From the IMG/VR virus record IMGVR_UViG_3300027977_000009: DNA of 64,000 nucleotides, one strand, 5' to 3'. This DNA comes from a virus. Shown here one piece after another: positions 19,219 through 28,899 of this stretch (position 1 is its first letter; each line of letters begins with the position of its first letter). The notes under the pieces are model-generated. The model had not been told where the DNA came from and made no database searches. It saw only the letters and a program-made list of their open reading frames with translations. Both the position numbers and the translations under genes were made by a program.

Positions 19219-19534
19219 GGTGTGTTTCCTTTGTCAACATTTTAAATAAATCTTTCTTGTGCTTTGGTGCCCACATGATTGCTGCGGGCTTGCAATCCCC
19301 ATAGTTTGCCCTGTTTGAATTACAAGAACGATATGTACCTTTGACATTTTGATTGCCGTATACGGGGTCAAAAACGACCCTATTAGGCTTAAACGCTTTG
19401 CGACATCGATGCATATCCGAAGTAGGAAACCCAAATGTAAAAAATAGGTTACCTAATGAAACGAAAGAATACTTACAGTCTTTGCACAGAAGTTCAATCT
19501 GGTTCATTGCATATTCTCTCCGCAGTAAGAACAA
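19211..19534 (-). CDS. Cys-rich hypothetical protein
   Basis: CKDC...C...C...C; true start probably MNQIEL. Confidence 0.55.
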   Translation of the reverse strand: MFLLRREYAMNQIELLCKDCKYSFVSLGNLFFTFGFPTSDMHRCRKAFKPNRVVFDPVYGNQNVKGTYRSCNSNRANYGDCKPAAIMWAPKHKKDLFKMLTKETHHD

Positions 19535-19754
19535 TCCAGGACATTTTTTTTAATTCTTCTTCATTCAGAAATCGTAGGTCGCCTCCGCGATGTTTGAAAT
19601 ACTTGAACTTACCATCAGGCGTTTTTTCTATCGCAATGTCGGCATGCCAAACTTCATGCATCCGTGTATCTGTTTTATATACCCACAGTCCGCCGATGCG
19701 CATCCAAAGTGTATGACTTCGCGAGTAACGGCCGTCATCATACCGACTCGTCAA
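19494..19754 (-). CDS. Hypothetical protein
   Basis: 86-aa ORF overlapping neighbours in operon fashion. Confidence 0.45.
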   Translation of the reverse strand: MTSRYDDGRYSRSHTLWMRIGGLWVYKTDTRMHEVWHADIAIEKTPDGKFKYFKHRGGDLRFLNEEELKKMSWIVLTAERICNEPD

Positions 19755-20742
19755 GCAAAACTCCCTTGTAGGTGTTGTTGAGCCACTTAGAATAAGTCTC
19801 GGCTTGCTCGCTTATTTTAGTAAGCTCATACTTACCGCAGAATTTCATAAGTTGCACGCCGACTTGCGGTACATGTTCGGTCTTTACTCCTGTGCGTATT
19901 GATTGATCAACCATATCTTTAATTTCTTGCGGTTGTGCTGTCAGATCGATCAGGGTACGATTACGCGCGTAATCATCCCTAACTCGATGCTCAGCGCCAT
20001 CGTGGTCAATCCAGCTTTGCAACATCAGATTGTTCCAATTAAAGCCCTGTTTGTTGCGATCAGCATATGCTTCGACAATGCCGATCTTATTCTTTGTGCC
20101 CTTCTCACGAACACCAGGATATGCAGAGAACACGTTGTCAGATGCATCACCACGAATGATTTTCTTGAACAATAGATATTCAGGATCCTCAAGCAATTTA
20201 GGTTCCTTAGTCTTCTTATCTTTGACAGGCTTACCGCGATCATCGAAGTAACCCTCAAGTGTGATCAACTGACCAGCAACACCGTTGTACTGCTTTACGT
20301 TAGGTGCGATCAGTTGAACAAAGTCAGTGTCGGAAGAAATAATGAAATGCTCGTCTTCGGGGTGCAGTGCGATGAAGCGGGCGATGAGGTCATCTGCTTC
20401 AGCAGTAGGATGACGTAGTAAGCTAGCGTTTGTGCGCTCACGAATGAACGTAGTAAACGATTCGTACGTTTCCCAGAACATCTGATTTTCTTCGATCTCA
20501 GCCTCGGTCGCGTCAGTTTTTACTCGATTAGCCTTGTATGGCTTGTAGAAGTCCTTACGCCAAGAACGACCCTCGAGACAGAACACGACATGATCGATGC
20601 CAAACTTACGTACCATCTGATTGACAGACGACAATGTAAGGTGCATCGCCATTCCTACTTTTTCCCACGTGTCAGTGTTGCGAGACGCAACGTGCCTAGC
20701 GCGAAAGAAGGTATTAGCCGTGTCGATCAGTGCATATTTCAT
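19738..20742 (-). CDS. rnh: T4-type RNase H / 5'-3' flap exonuclease
   Basis: LIDTAN, SWRKDFYKPYKANR, EADDLI, SSDTDFVQL, GDASDNV, RNRTLIDL. Confidence 0.9.
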   Translation of the reverse strand: MKYALIDTANTFFRARHVASRNTDTWEKVGMAMHLTLSSVNQMVRKFGIDHVVFCLEGRSWRKDFYKPYKANRVKTDATEAEIEENQMFWETYESFTTFIRERTNASLLRHPTAEADDLIARFIALHPEDEHFIISSDTDFVQLIAPNVKQYNGVAGQLITLEGYFDDRGKPVKDKKTKEPKLLEDPEYLLFKKIIRGDASDNVFSAYPGVREKGTKNKIGIVEAYADRNKQGFNWNNLMLQSWIDHDGAEHRVRDDYARNRTLIDLTAQPQEIKDMVDQSIRTGVKTEHVPQVGVQLMKFCGKYELTKISEQAETYSKWLNNTYKGVLLDESV

Positions 20743-20768
20743 ATGAGGCTTTCTCTATTTATACGCAT

Positions 20769-20797
20769 ATTATAGCAAGGATTAGGCTGAATGTCAA
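20769..20797 (-). promoter_or_regulatory. Sigma70-type early promoter for rnh
   Basis: TTGACA-N17-TATAAT preceded by TTGC. Confidence 0.8.
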
Positions 20798-20800
20798 CCA

Positions 20801-21217
20801 TTATTTTTTGTTGTAGTGATACACGCCTTGATTCTTAAAGTCACCGGTAAGCATACCTTTGTATTGATGACAGAGAGGACAAAGTTCAACCACATTTTCT
20901 AGAATATTATTTAAATGGTTACCGTCAATATGATCAATGTGCGTTTTGCCTATTACCCACGGTGCCTTTTTGTAATCAATAGCGCACGGAAAACCCAAAT
21001 GACTATCAGTGTTAGTGCAATAACCGGTTCGAAATGGGGTAACGCCGAAAGCAAAAGTACCTTTCCCATACCCTGCTTTATGGCATCGATAACAGGTAGG
21101 CCTCCAGCGACTTCCGTCATTAGCAACTGGGCGATTGCAGCCGTGATTAATACAAGTAGGACGAATTTGCATATCAATTAAACTTTCATTTCTGTGTTCA
21201 ATTTTTAATACACGCAC
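20801..21217 (-). CDS. HNH endonuclease
   Basis: HIDHIDGNHLNN...LCPLCH plus N-terminal Cys cluster. Confidence 0.8.
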   Translation of the reverse strand: MRVLKIEHRNESLIDMQIRPTCINHGCNRPVANDGSRWRPTCYRCHKAGYGKGTFAFGVTPFRTGYCTNTDSHLGFPCAIDYKKAPWVIGKTHIDHIDGNHLNNILENVVELCPLCHQYKGMLTGDFKNQGVYHYNKK

Positions 21218-21241
21218 TTAATGGATAGGTGTCAAGTCTTT

Positions 21242-21823
21242 TTATCCGATTTCAAACAAGTCTAAAAAGGTGCTTTTTCTCAACCCCCGATATGTTTTAT
21301 TTAGGGTAGGATCTACAATGTTTAAATGCGGGAGACGGCCGTGATGTTCGACATACTGTTCACACAACTCGCTTTCAGTATATGCTGCAAGTTCTTTTCT
21401 AGTTAACGGGTATCCCGAGATGTTAGTACGTTTGTCAACCGACCAAATTGCAATTTCAATATCAGTGTAATTTGTATCTTTGGGGAGAATTTCTTGATTA
21501 ATCAAAGAGGTGCAACCGTGCCAAAATTCAAATCCATGAGAACTTGACACATTAACATTCCAGCCTGGAAGCCAAGCAATTTGCCGAACCAACCGTTCAC
21601 CTTTTTGAATAGCCTTTACATTTGGTTCTGGGGCACTAAATCCAAATTTAAGCTGTTTGGTTAAATAACTGTTACGAACAAACCTAAACCCATATCCAAA
21701 ATGAGAAATATTGTTAGTTCTGCAAAAATTATATATGTCCGTAGGACTTTGAATATTTCGTAATGGAATTACGAAATCTGGAGCATCAAGTTCAATTGGT
21801 CGGTCAAACATTTTCTTCATCAA
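21242..21823 (-). CDS. GIY-YIG-superfamily-like protein
   Basis: GYGF...KFGFS...ERL...ESEL...LPHLN pattern. Confidence 0.45.
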   Translation of the reverse strand: MMKKMFDRPIELDAPDFVIPLRNIQSPTDIYNFCRTNNISHFGYGFRFVRNSYLTKQLKFGFSAPEPNVKAIQKGERLVRQIAWLPGWNVNVSSSHGFEFWHGCTSLINQEILPKDTNYTDIEIAIWSVDKRTNISGYPLTRKELAAYTESELCEQYVEHHGRLPHLNIVDPTLNKTYRGLRKSTFLDLFEIG

Positions 21824-22242
21824 CTTACCTCAGTAAATCCGCCACCAATATCACGTTGTCTAATGATACGTAGTTCTGATTCACGCTTTTCAGGATCAGC
21901 AATCTCTTGCTCATACACTTCTAAAGCGATATTCCTGCACACGGTCTGGAACCAACGATCAACGATCATTGAATCAGTATCTTTAGGTGAGAACTTATAT
22001 CCCTGCTTGACTAGATTAAGCACGAACTTATCATTCCAATCTAAGTCGAATGATCCATTGTTGATATCGTTAGGATCAAGCTCCACACTCAAGATAGAGA
22101 TATAAGGCTCGCCTGCAAGTGTTGCCTTTTCCTTAGGAGTTAATTCAGGCTTTTTAACCTTGGGCTCTTTCTTTACTTCGGGTTCAGGAACCGGGATAGG
22201 TGGGGGAGGGGGACTGATCCAGTCTTTGATTGCTTTAAACAT
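21820..22242 (-). CDS. Hypothetical protein (FDLDWN motif)
   Basis: 140-aa ORF, RBS and early promoter upstream. Confidence 0.65.
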   Translation of the reverse strand: MFKAIKDWISPPPPPIPVPEPEVKKEPKVKKPELTPKEKATLAGEPYISILSVELDPNDINNGSFDLDWNDKFVLNLVKQGYKFSPKDTDSMIVDRWFQTVCRNIALEVYEQEIADPEKRESELRIIRQRDIGGGFTEVS

Positions 22243-22304
22243 TAATTACCTTTCTTAATATATGTATACTATCATAATAGTATATATGTTGTCAATCAAA
22301 AAGA

Positions 22305-22384
22305 TAAATAAAGATGTAGTTCGCGGTACTGCAAATACCCAACTACTCTAATGCTAAGAGGAGCGATCAGCATGACTATTTATA
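22305..22384 (+). ncRNA. Conserved endonuclease-leader element, copy 1
   Basis: TAAATA; GTAGTT-CGC-GGTA-loop-TACC-C-AACTAC-TCTAA-TGCT-AAGAGG-AGCG-ATCAGC-ATG; covaries with copies 2 and 3. Confidence 0.75.
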
Positions 22385-23040
22385 CCCACCATCTTTATTG
22401 GATTCATCTTCCAGAGCATACTGACTACACTAAGGAAGGGTACATAGGCGTTTCTAATAACCCAGCCAGACGACTTTACGAGCATAAGAATGATTCTAAA
22501 AACCGCAACGACAAAAATCCTTATTTCGGTAGAGTCCTCAAAAAACATCAAGATAAAATAATCCAAACAATATTGTTGACCGACACCAAAGAAAATTGTT
22601 ACAGACAAGAGGAAATACTAAGACCTGAAAAAAACATAGGATGGAATGCTAATAAAGGCGGAACAAAACCTCCGTCTAAATTAGGCTGGAAACCAAGTGA
22701 AGATACCTTAAAGAAAAGATCAGAATCATTAGCAGGCATTCCTAGGAATGATGTTTGGCGTAAAAATTTATCAAAAGCTAAAAAAGGCGAAAGGAACGGA
22801 ATGTATGGGAAAAAAATATCCTGCACCGACAAGAGAAAATTATCTATTATAGTAGCAAAATATAAAAACAGGGGCGAAAATCTAAGGTTAGCACTTGATT
22901 TGCTAGAAAAAAGCAATCACCGAATACGAGAAATTTCAAAACTAACAGGTATCTCTACTGGCGTTATATGTAAGATAAAGAAAGAAACAGAGTTATATAA
23001 TTTAGCTCTTCCAATAATCATACAATCTAAAGCTAGCTAG
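22372..23040 (+). CDS. Free-standing GIY-YIG homing endonuclease with NUMOD3-like repeats
   Basis: LYWI...GYIGVS...RRLYEH...GWN; KGERNGMYGK; antisense to neighbours. Confidence 0.85.
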   Translation: MTIYTHHLYWIHLPEHTDYTKEGYIGVSNNPARRLYEHKNDSKNRNDKNPYFGRVLKKHQDKIIQTILLTDTKENCYRQEEILRPEKNIGWNANKGGTKPPSKLGWKPSEDTLKKRSESLAGIPRNDVWRKNLSKAKKGERNGMYGKKISCTDKRKLSIIVAKYKNRGENLRLALDLLEKSNHRIREISKLTGISTGVICKIKKETELYNLALPIIIQSKAS

Positions 23041-24018
23041 GTTCTTGGCCTTTGCCTCCACCATAACATCTGCCCAATCCCAGTGCCCTTTAGCCCAATC
23101 ATTGACTGCTTTATTCCACATATAGTCAGAATGTGCCCGCAACTTCTGCTTGTTCAACCCTTGTTCTAGCAGAAGTTGAAGGTTAGGCAATTCATTAGTA
23201 AGATGTGATGACAAATATTCTTCACGACTTACACTGTAATGAATGACAGGACGTACACCACGCCAGCTATCGATCACGCGCTTGATACGGTCGTCATTGG
23301 GTTCGATATATTCACCAGTCATTACATAGTGATGATGGATATCTAGTACGAGAGCGCAGGTATCAGCGAGTTCTAGACTGCTATCGATACCCCAAGTCAT
23401 CTCGTCATTCTCGATAGTGATGCAATTACGAGCCTCGGGGCTTAGTCGAGACATTACCTTCTTGATACCGTCGGGGCCCTGACGACCACTGATATGAACA
23501 TTGATCTTCATGTCCTGAAAAGTCTTGCCATAGCCCATCCAACGTGCCATGTCAACATGATATTCGAATTCTCGGATACTGTTTTCTACGACTTCTTCGC
23601 GATCACTAGCAAGGACTACAAATTGATCGGGATGAAATGATAGACGGACACTGTTCTTGCGTGCAGTCTCACCAATCGGAGCCATCCAACGTGCTAGACT
23701 GTCTTGCACATCTTGCCGCGACCAAAAATAATGATAATCGGGATGCGTGTAGAAACTCAACATATCACTGGTGATACGCAACATGCGTAGTTCGACAGGA
23801 AGAGTCGCAATTTTTTTGACGAGTGCGTGAGTGTTTAGGATGTTACGCTTTGCGACATCTAGGATCTTTTCTTCGACCACACGTGAGTTGTTCTGACGTT
23901 TTGCCCATGCGAGTGTGGTACCGCCTGTATTGAATCCATCGACACTAGCGATCTCACCCTTAGTATTGATTTCTGCAAACTTACATGCGAAACCAATTCG
24001 TTTGACACCATCATTCAT
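23002..24018 (-). CDS. uvsE: UV damage endonuclease
   Basis: RLSFHPDQF, INVHISG, IENDE, LDIHHH, IHYS, RAHSDY, MVEAKAK. Confidence 0.9.
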   Translation of the reverse strand: MNDGVKRIGFACKFAEINTKGEIASVDGFNTGGTTLAWAKRQNNSRVVEEKILDVAKRNILNTHALVKKIATLPVELRMLRITSDMLSFYTHPDYHYFWSRQDVQDSLARWMAPIGETARKNSVRLSFHPDQFVVLASDREEVVENSIREFEYHVDMARWMGYGKTFQDMKINVHISGRQGPDGIKKVMSRLSPEARNCITIENDEMTWGIDSSLELADTCALVLDIHHHYVMTGEYIEPNDDRIKRVIDSWRGVRPVIHYSVSREEYLSSHLTNELPNLQLLLEQGLNKQKLRAHSDYMWNKAVNDWAKGHWDWADVMVEAKAKNLASFRLYDYWKS

Positions 24019-24051
24019 AGATAAATACTCTCATAATATAAGGAACCGTTA

Positions 24052-25278
24052 ATGGATATTCGTAACATCTTAGATATCATAAGTGAAAATTCTCGGCCTG
24101 TCAAGCAAAAAACACCTGTTTCGGGTGGGTTGCCGGCGATGTCTCTTGAAGATTTTCTTCTCAGTGCAGGGGTAAACCCACAAGAAGTAGAAATTGACGA
24201 AGCAAAATTAGCGGCCCCCGCAAGACCTTTTCCAAAAGACGAATTAACAAAATACTTAAGCAGGACTGTAGGTACCGATACAGGCAAGGTCAACAAAGCA
24301 GGCGGCAAGATTCGCAAGAGTGAAAAGACTAAACAAGATAAGTTCAATATGCCATACATTCATAATAAGAATGTTCCCATCGTCGATGAAGCAAATAAAG
24401 AATATGATCTAGAAAAGCTAAGAGCTATGATTACCAAACGTCCGGCAAAAGTTCTCAAGCAAAATGAAAAGATGCAACATAGTGATGGTACTGCTAGTGC
24501 GTTTTACAACATTGGACTTCCTGCTCTGAAAGGCCTAGCAGTTGATGAAGATACCGGTGAGTTCGTGATCATTGACACTTGTCCTGGCGCCGGCGAATGC
24601 CAGACATATTGCTATGCAATGAAAGGTGACTATATCAGGTGGACGAGCCCATCACTCGAACAGTCTAAGCTATTGAACTTCTTGTATAATGATCCGCAAG
24701 GATTCATGGATATGCTAGGAAACGAGATCGAAGAACAATATAAAAAGCTAAAAAAAGTCGATAAGAAGAAAGGTACTGAAACTAAACTTATCATTCGTTG
24801 GCATGATGCTGGTGATTTCTTCTCACCGGAATACCTTAACTATGCGTATACCTTAGCTAAGAAGTATCCTGACGTATCTTTCTATGCGTATACTAAATTA
24901 GCAAACGTTGCTCAAGGTAAATCTCCGGCTAATTTTAAAATGAATTACTCGATGGGCGCGAAGCCCAAAGAAGAACAACAGATCGATTTCGCAACTACTA
25001 AGAATAGCCGAGTTGTTCCTGAAGTATTATTCAAAGACGTTCTTGATAGGGTAGAAGGTAAGCTCGTATATAAAGATCAATCATCGATCAATGTATTGAA
25101 GGCTCGAATCGCTGCTAAATATAGTGTCAAGCCTAATACAATATTGACCTATGACGAGATGATGAAGAAGCCAGTCAGTAATGAAAAGGGTAAGTATAAT
25201 GTCATTGTTAAACCGGGAGACGGAGATGACTCTGCTAACCGCAATGACGTGCTTAACACATTTCTATTAATGCATTAG
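24052..25278 (+). CDS. Gp88-like protein with CTS-like N-terminus
   Basis: TCPGAGECQTYCYA (CxxxxxCxxxC), IRWHDAGDFFS, FYAYTK; MDIRNILDIISE; TAAATA upstream. Confidence 0.65.
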   Translation: MDIRNILDIISENSRPVKQKTPVSGGLPAMSLEDFLLSAGVNPQEVEIDEAKLAAPARPFPKDELTKYLSRTVGTDTGKVNKAGGKIRKSEKTKQDKFNMPYIHNKNVPIVDEANKEYDLEKLRAMITKRPAKVLKQNEKMQHSDGTASAFYNIGLPALKGLAVDEDTGEFVIIDTCPGAGECQTYCYAMKGDYIRWTSPSLEQSKLLNFLYNDPQGFMDMLGNEIEEQYKKLKKVDKKKGTETKLIIRWHDAGDFFSPEYLNYAYTLAKKYPDVSFYAYTKLANVAQGKSPANFKMNYSMGAKPKEEQQIDFATTKNSRVVPEVLFKDVLDRVEGKLVYKDQSSINVLKARIAAKYSVKPNTILTYDEMMKKPVSNEKGKYNVIVKPGDGDDSANRNDVLNTFLLMH

Positions 25279-26126
25279 GAAAGTTTCAACAACTCGTTAA
25301 ACGAATATAGATTTTTCATATAGGGGGACACTTCTTCTAGTACGCTACAAGATATGTCCCCTTTTCTGCGGGGTCCAATCTTTATCTTGATACCTGCTTC
25401 GTCATCATCAGAATAAATGGTTTCTGCGTTTACCATTTCAAATTTCTCAAAGATTTCCAGTACCGAATATCCTACACCATGACCCAAGCATTCTACTTTA
25501 TTGGCAGGTTGCTCGATAGCCATCTTGATTGCTTCACATACTTCGTCTACGTGAACATAATCTCGAATGCAGGTACCGTCTGGGGTATCATAATCATCAC
25601 CAAAAATAGTAAACTCTTTCGTGTCAGCAGCCTTCATCAGGTTGTACATCAACCCGTCTGGATTAGTAGGAGGATAACCCGATGAACCGATCACGTTATA
25701 GAATCTAAAAATCGTATATGGCATAGTCTTATGCTGGGTACAATATTCACGAACCACATCTTCTGCTGCTCGTTTCGAGATTCCATATGCACTCTTGCAA
25801 TGTTCTGCTGCACCGGTCGATGCAAAAATAAAGTTCTGTGTCTTTACTTTATTGATTACATTCATCGTCCCATTCAAATTAGTAATATAATACTGAATAG
25901 GCATATTTTCACTCTCGCCAACATTTACAAGTGCAGCAAGATGCACAACTATATCGAATTCTAAATCAATATTCAACGGACGATTGATATCAAGTTGAAA
26001 GAATTCCTTGACTGGATGCAATGGCTGCCTAATGTCAAGTCCATATACTTCGTAATCTTTCTCAAGCAATTTACAAAGATGTGATCCAATGTAGCCCGAA
26101 CATCCTGTTACTAATATCTTTTTCAT
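25275..26126 (-). CDS. galE: NDP-sugar 4-epimerase (GalE-like)
   Basis: GCSGYIG, HLAA, YGISK, RFYNV, DGTCIRDYVHV. Confidence 0.85.
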   Translation of the reverse strand: MKKILVTGCSGYIGSHLCKLLEKDYEVYGLDIRQPLHPVKEFFQLDINRPLNIDLEFDIVVHLAALVNVGESENMPIQYYITNLNGTMNVINKVKTQNFIFASTGAAEHCKSAYGISKRAAEDVVREYCTQHKTMPYTIFRFYNVIGSSGYPPTNPDGLMYNLMKAADTKEFTIFGDDYDTPDGTCIRDYVHVDEVCEAIKMAIEQPANKVECLGHGVGYSVLEIFEKFEMVNAETIYSDDDEAGIKIKIGPRRKGDISCSVLEEVSPYMKNLYSFNELLKLS

Positions 26127-27466
26127 AGTCCCTCGAATAATCCCAATCCAACCATTTCCTCAGCTGGTTCAAAGTTGGGTTCTTTAGTCAGATATGTATT
26201 GGTATCTGTATAAATCACCCTAAACTTATTCTTGTTCATCAACACCGACTTGATGTCATCGATGCATAGGATACCCCGATTCAATCCATTTATAAAATCT
26301 ATGTACTTAATAGTAGTTTCTTTACAAATCTTAGCCGTATTGCTATTAGACGTTTTTGGTTTGAATGAATTGAAACACTCATTCCATTTATGGAACACTT
26401 GGCTTTCGATCTTATTCGCATTTACCAAAGCTCCCTTAATATACCATGCTTCAGCGGTATCGAACATCTCATATGCCTCTCGCACGTCGTTTGCCATGTT
26501 TTTCTTGTCGGTTTCAAAGAAAAACTGAGAAGAAAAGTTTTGAGTCCATCGTTGATTCATTAAGCAGAAAGTAGGTAATTGCATAGTCTGTTCATAGAAA
26601 GCCATACCATAGCTTTCGACTGTGCTGGGGTTAAATGCTATCCTAGCACTCGTGATGAAGTCTACTTTTTCTTTGCCGATAATGCCCACCTTGATCTCAT
26701 AAGTAGCATTGATTTTCTTCAATCGTTCTTCAAACTTCTTAGCTCCGGCTGCGCTTGTCATTACCTTAGCTGGCAAGTTAGTCTGTTCGATCAGATCGAT
26801 AAACAACTCGGGGTTCTTCCCTTCTTCCCAACGTCCAATGAACAACACACCTTCTCTAGGCTTGACGTACTGATTTAGTAATTCTTTCTCAGTTACTGGA
26901 ATAGGAAGATGAGTAGCTGTATTATCGAACTGAAGTTCATTGAACTTGCTTTGTGTACCGATAGTGATGTTATTCATCTGCAACTGCAATCGCATCATCT
27001 CATTGGTGCTATGAAAGAATGGATTCTTCGTATCTTTGAAAATCTGACTCTCAAGATGAGTATATGCGATGACCTGTACGCATTCATCAAGTCCCATAGT
27101 ACTCGCTACTTGAATAGTTTCATAGGTATTACATACTAGTACGTCATAGATGTTGGTAGTGAATGCTTTAACGATAGCATTACGGAAATTGGCCATTCTT
27201 TCATAGCAAAAACTATCTTCATACATAAAGATAGCACTATGATCGGTATACTTGAGTGGGATGTCTGGATAGATCACCCTAGCATCGAATGATTCTAAGA
27301 ACTCTGTGCTAAGTCCTTGCGGAGCTTTGTCGGTTATGATATCTACTTTAATTCCATGACTATTCATCGTTTCACAGAAACTCTTAGCGAACTGTCCTAT
27401 TCCGCCGTGTGGAATTAAGGTCTGAGAACTGACTAGAAATCCAATACGTTTGTTATAGGTATTCAT
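26123..27466 (-). CDS. GT-B (family 4-like) glycosyltransferase
   Basis: GGIG, FIGRWEEGKNP, PSTVESYGMAFYE (ExxGxxxxE). Confidence 0.8.
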   Translation of the reverse strand: MNTYNKRIGFLVSSQTLIPHGGIGQFAKSFCETMNSHGIKVDIITDKAPQGLSTEFLESFDARVIYPDIPLKYTDHSAIFMYEDSFCYERMANFRNAIVKAFTTNIYDVLVCNTYETIQVASTMGLDECVQVIAYTHLESQIFKDTKNPFFHSTNEMMRLQLQMNNITIGTQSKFNELQFDNTATHLPIPVTEKELLNQYVKPREGVLFIGRWEEGKNPELFIDLIEQTNLPAKVMTSAAGAKKFEERLKKINATYEIKVGIIGKEKVDFITSARIAFNPSTVESYGMAFYEQTMQLPTFCLMNQRWTQNFSSQFFFETDKKNMANDVREAYEMFDTAEAWYIKGALVNANKIESQVFHKWNECFNSFKPKTSNSNTAKICKETTIKYIDFINGLNRGILCIDDIKSVLMNKNKFRVIYTDTNTYLTKEPNFEPAEEMVGLGLFEGL

Positions 27467-27475
27467 ATTTTACCT

Positions 27476-28330
27476 TTACGTTCCCCAGCGGTTACCAAAC
27501 AAAGGTAGATGTAGTCGATCACTATATCTGACACCATACTTCATTGCTAACTCGGCAACTGTAAGGTTATTCAATTGATATACACTCTCTACTCCACCGA
27601 CGGGCATGAAATATACAGGCCCCTCAAAACCCTCATCACGATATAGCTTAGATACTTCAAGTGCTTCCTGAGCATCTTCTTCTGTAGAGATCACAAACTT
27701 GAGGTATGCATAGCCAAATTTCTCATATTCACGCACAACCTTAGGTTTGATCGCACTCTTATGAGACTCACCGGAACAACTTAACTTAGGACTGACGCTA
27801 AAAGTGATTTCTCGTTCAAATCCCGGATATACTTCTGGCCAGCTCCAGTCTTCAAGATAGTGTGCGAACTCAGGTGAAAGTTCCTGTGTACCATTAGTCT
27901 CAAAAGTAATCTCTTTGAGACCCGCCATCTTAGGATGACTCAAGAGTTTTGGGAAAGCTCGCTGCCATCCAAGTAGTGGTTCTCCTCCTGTGATGACAAG
28001 ATGTTCGTTTTTCCATTCTTTAAACGGTAGTAGTTCCATGATGTCATCAACAATGGTATCAATGTCCTTACTAGGAGAAAGATGCTTAAATCGAGGGTCC
28101 CATGAGGCGTAAGAATCGCAACCAGTGGTGACGAGTGGGAGAGAATTGTAATCTTTGTAAACTTTCGGGTCGATCTTTTTCCGTTCAACAGACGTTTCTC
28201 CCTTAGGCATACCAAATCCTCCACACGTGAAGTTGCAGCCAAACGTTCTTAGGAAAATGCTAGGTACGCCTTGATACCTGCCTTCACCCTGAATAGAATA
28301 AAATAGTTCACTAATCTTGATTTGCGTCAT
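27476..28330 (-). CDS. queE: 7-carboxy-7-deazaguanine synthase (radical SAM)
   Basis: ELFYSIQGEG, FLRTFGCNFTC...CDS, ITGGEP, ETNGT, SVSPKL. Confidence 0.92.
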   Translation of the reverse strand: MTQIKISELFYSIQGEGRYQGVPSIFLRTFGCNFTCGGFGMPKGETSVERKKIDPKVYKDYNSLPLVTTGCDSYASWDPRFKHLSPSKDIDTIVDDIMELLPFKEWKNEHLVITGGEPLLGWQRAFPKLLSHPKMAGLKEITFETNGTQELSPEFAHYLEDWSWPEVYPGFEREITFSVSPKLSCSGESHKSAIKPKVVREYEKFGYAYLKFVISTEEDAQEALEVSKLYRDEGFEGPVYFMPVGGVESVYQLNNLTVAELAMKYGVRYSDRLHLPLFGNRWGT

Positions 28331-28476
28331 TGTCTCGTTCTTTTAGATATTCTTCATATGTCTTATATTTGTCGCCCGATTTGTAAATCCAACCTTCATA
28401 TAAGTTATCTGGATCGTAGAAAGGAATAGAATACAAATGCCTACCATTCTTAGCATCTATATAATTCACAATTTTA

Positions 28477-28899
28477 TTATGCATCTATGCATTCTTCTCT
28501 TAGGTATCGCACTAATTCTTTATCAGTAGGTTGTACAGCATAGTTGTTCTTAAAGAAAATCTCATAACTATCACTGCCATACTTTCCTATACCATAAAGA
28601 ACTTTAGCATCACTCTTGTCCCATGTCAAGTATTGATTGGACATCCTTCTAATTCGGTTTTCCCGAACAATGACTAATCCAAGCGGACGTATAACTTCAT
28701 ATACTTCTTCGCTCGTACTTGTCAAGAACTTCTCACATGTGTCCCATCTAGATAAGAATTCAGGAAGGACCCTTTTTACCAACAACCTATGAGTCTGGTT
28801 CAGCATGATCACCCCTACCATATGTTGCCACTCGGATGTAATCTGTTGTTGAACCATTAGCTCGTCACATAACGGAACGATATTCACTACTTCCACCAC
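28477..28899 (-). CDS. HhH-GPD DNA glycosylase, MBD4-like
   Basis: IMLNQT, IRPLGL...R, LYGIGKYGSDSYEIF, PTDKEL. Confidence 0.8.
   Translation of the reverse strand: MVEVVNIVPLCDELMVQQQITSEWQHMVGVIMLNQTHRLLVKRVLPEFLSRWDTCEKFLTSTSEEVYEVIRPLGLVIVRENRIRRMSNQYLTWDKSDAKVLYGIGKYGSDSYEIFFKNNYAVQPTDKELVRYLREECIDA

Noticed and set aside
22316-22371. Endonuclease leader as a hammerhead ribozyme or box C/D k-turn (CUGA on - strand)
   Set aside because: No CUGANGA/GAAA core; copy 2 has CUGG; pairing beyond the GA pairs is not conserved
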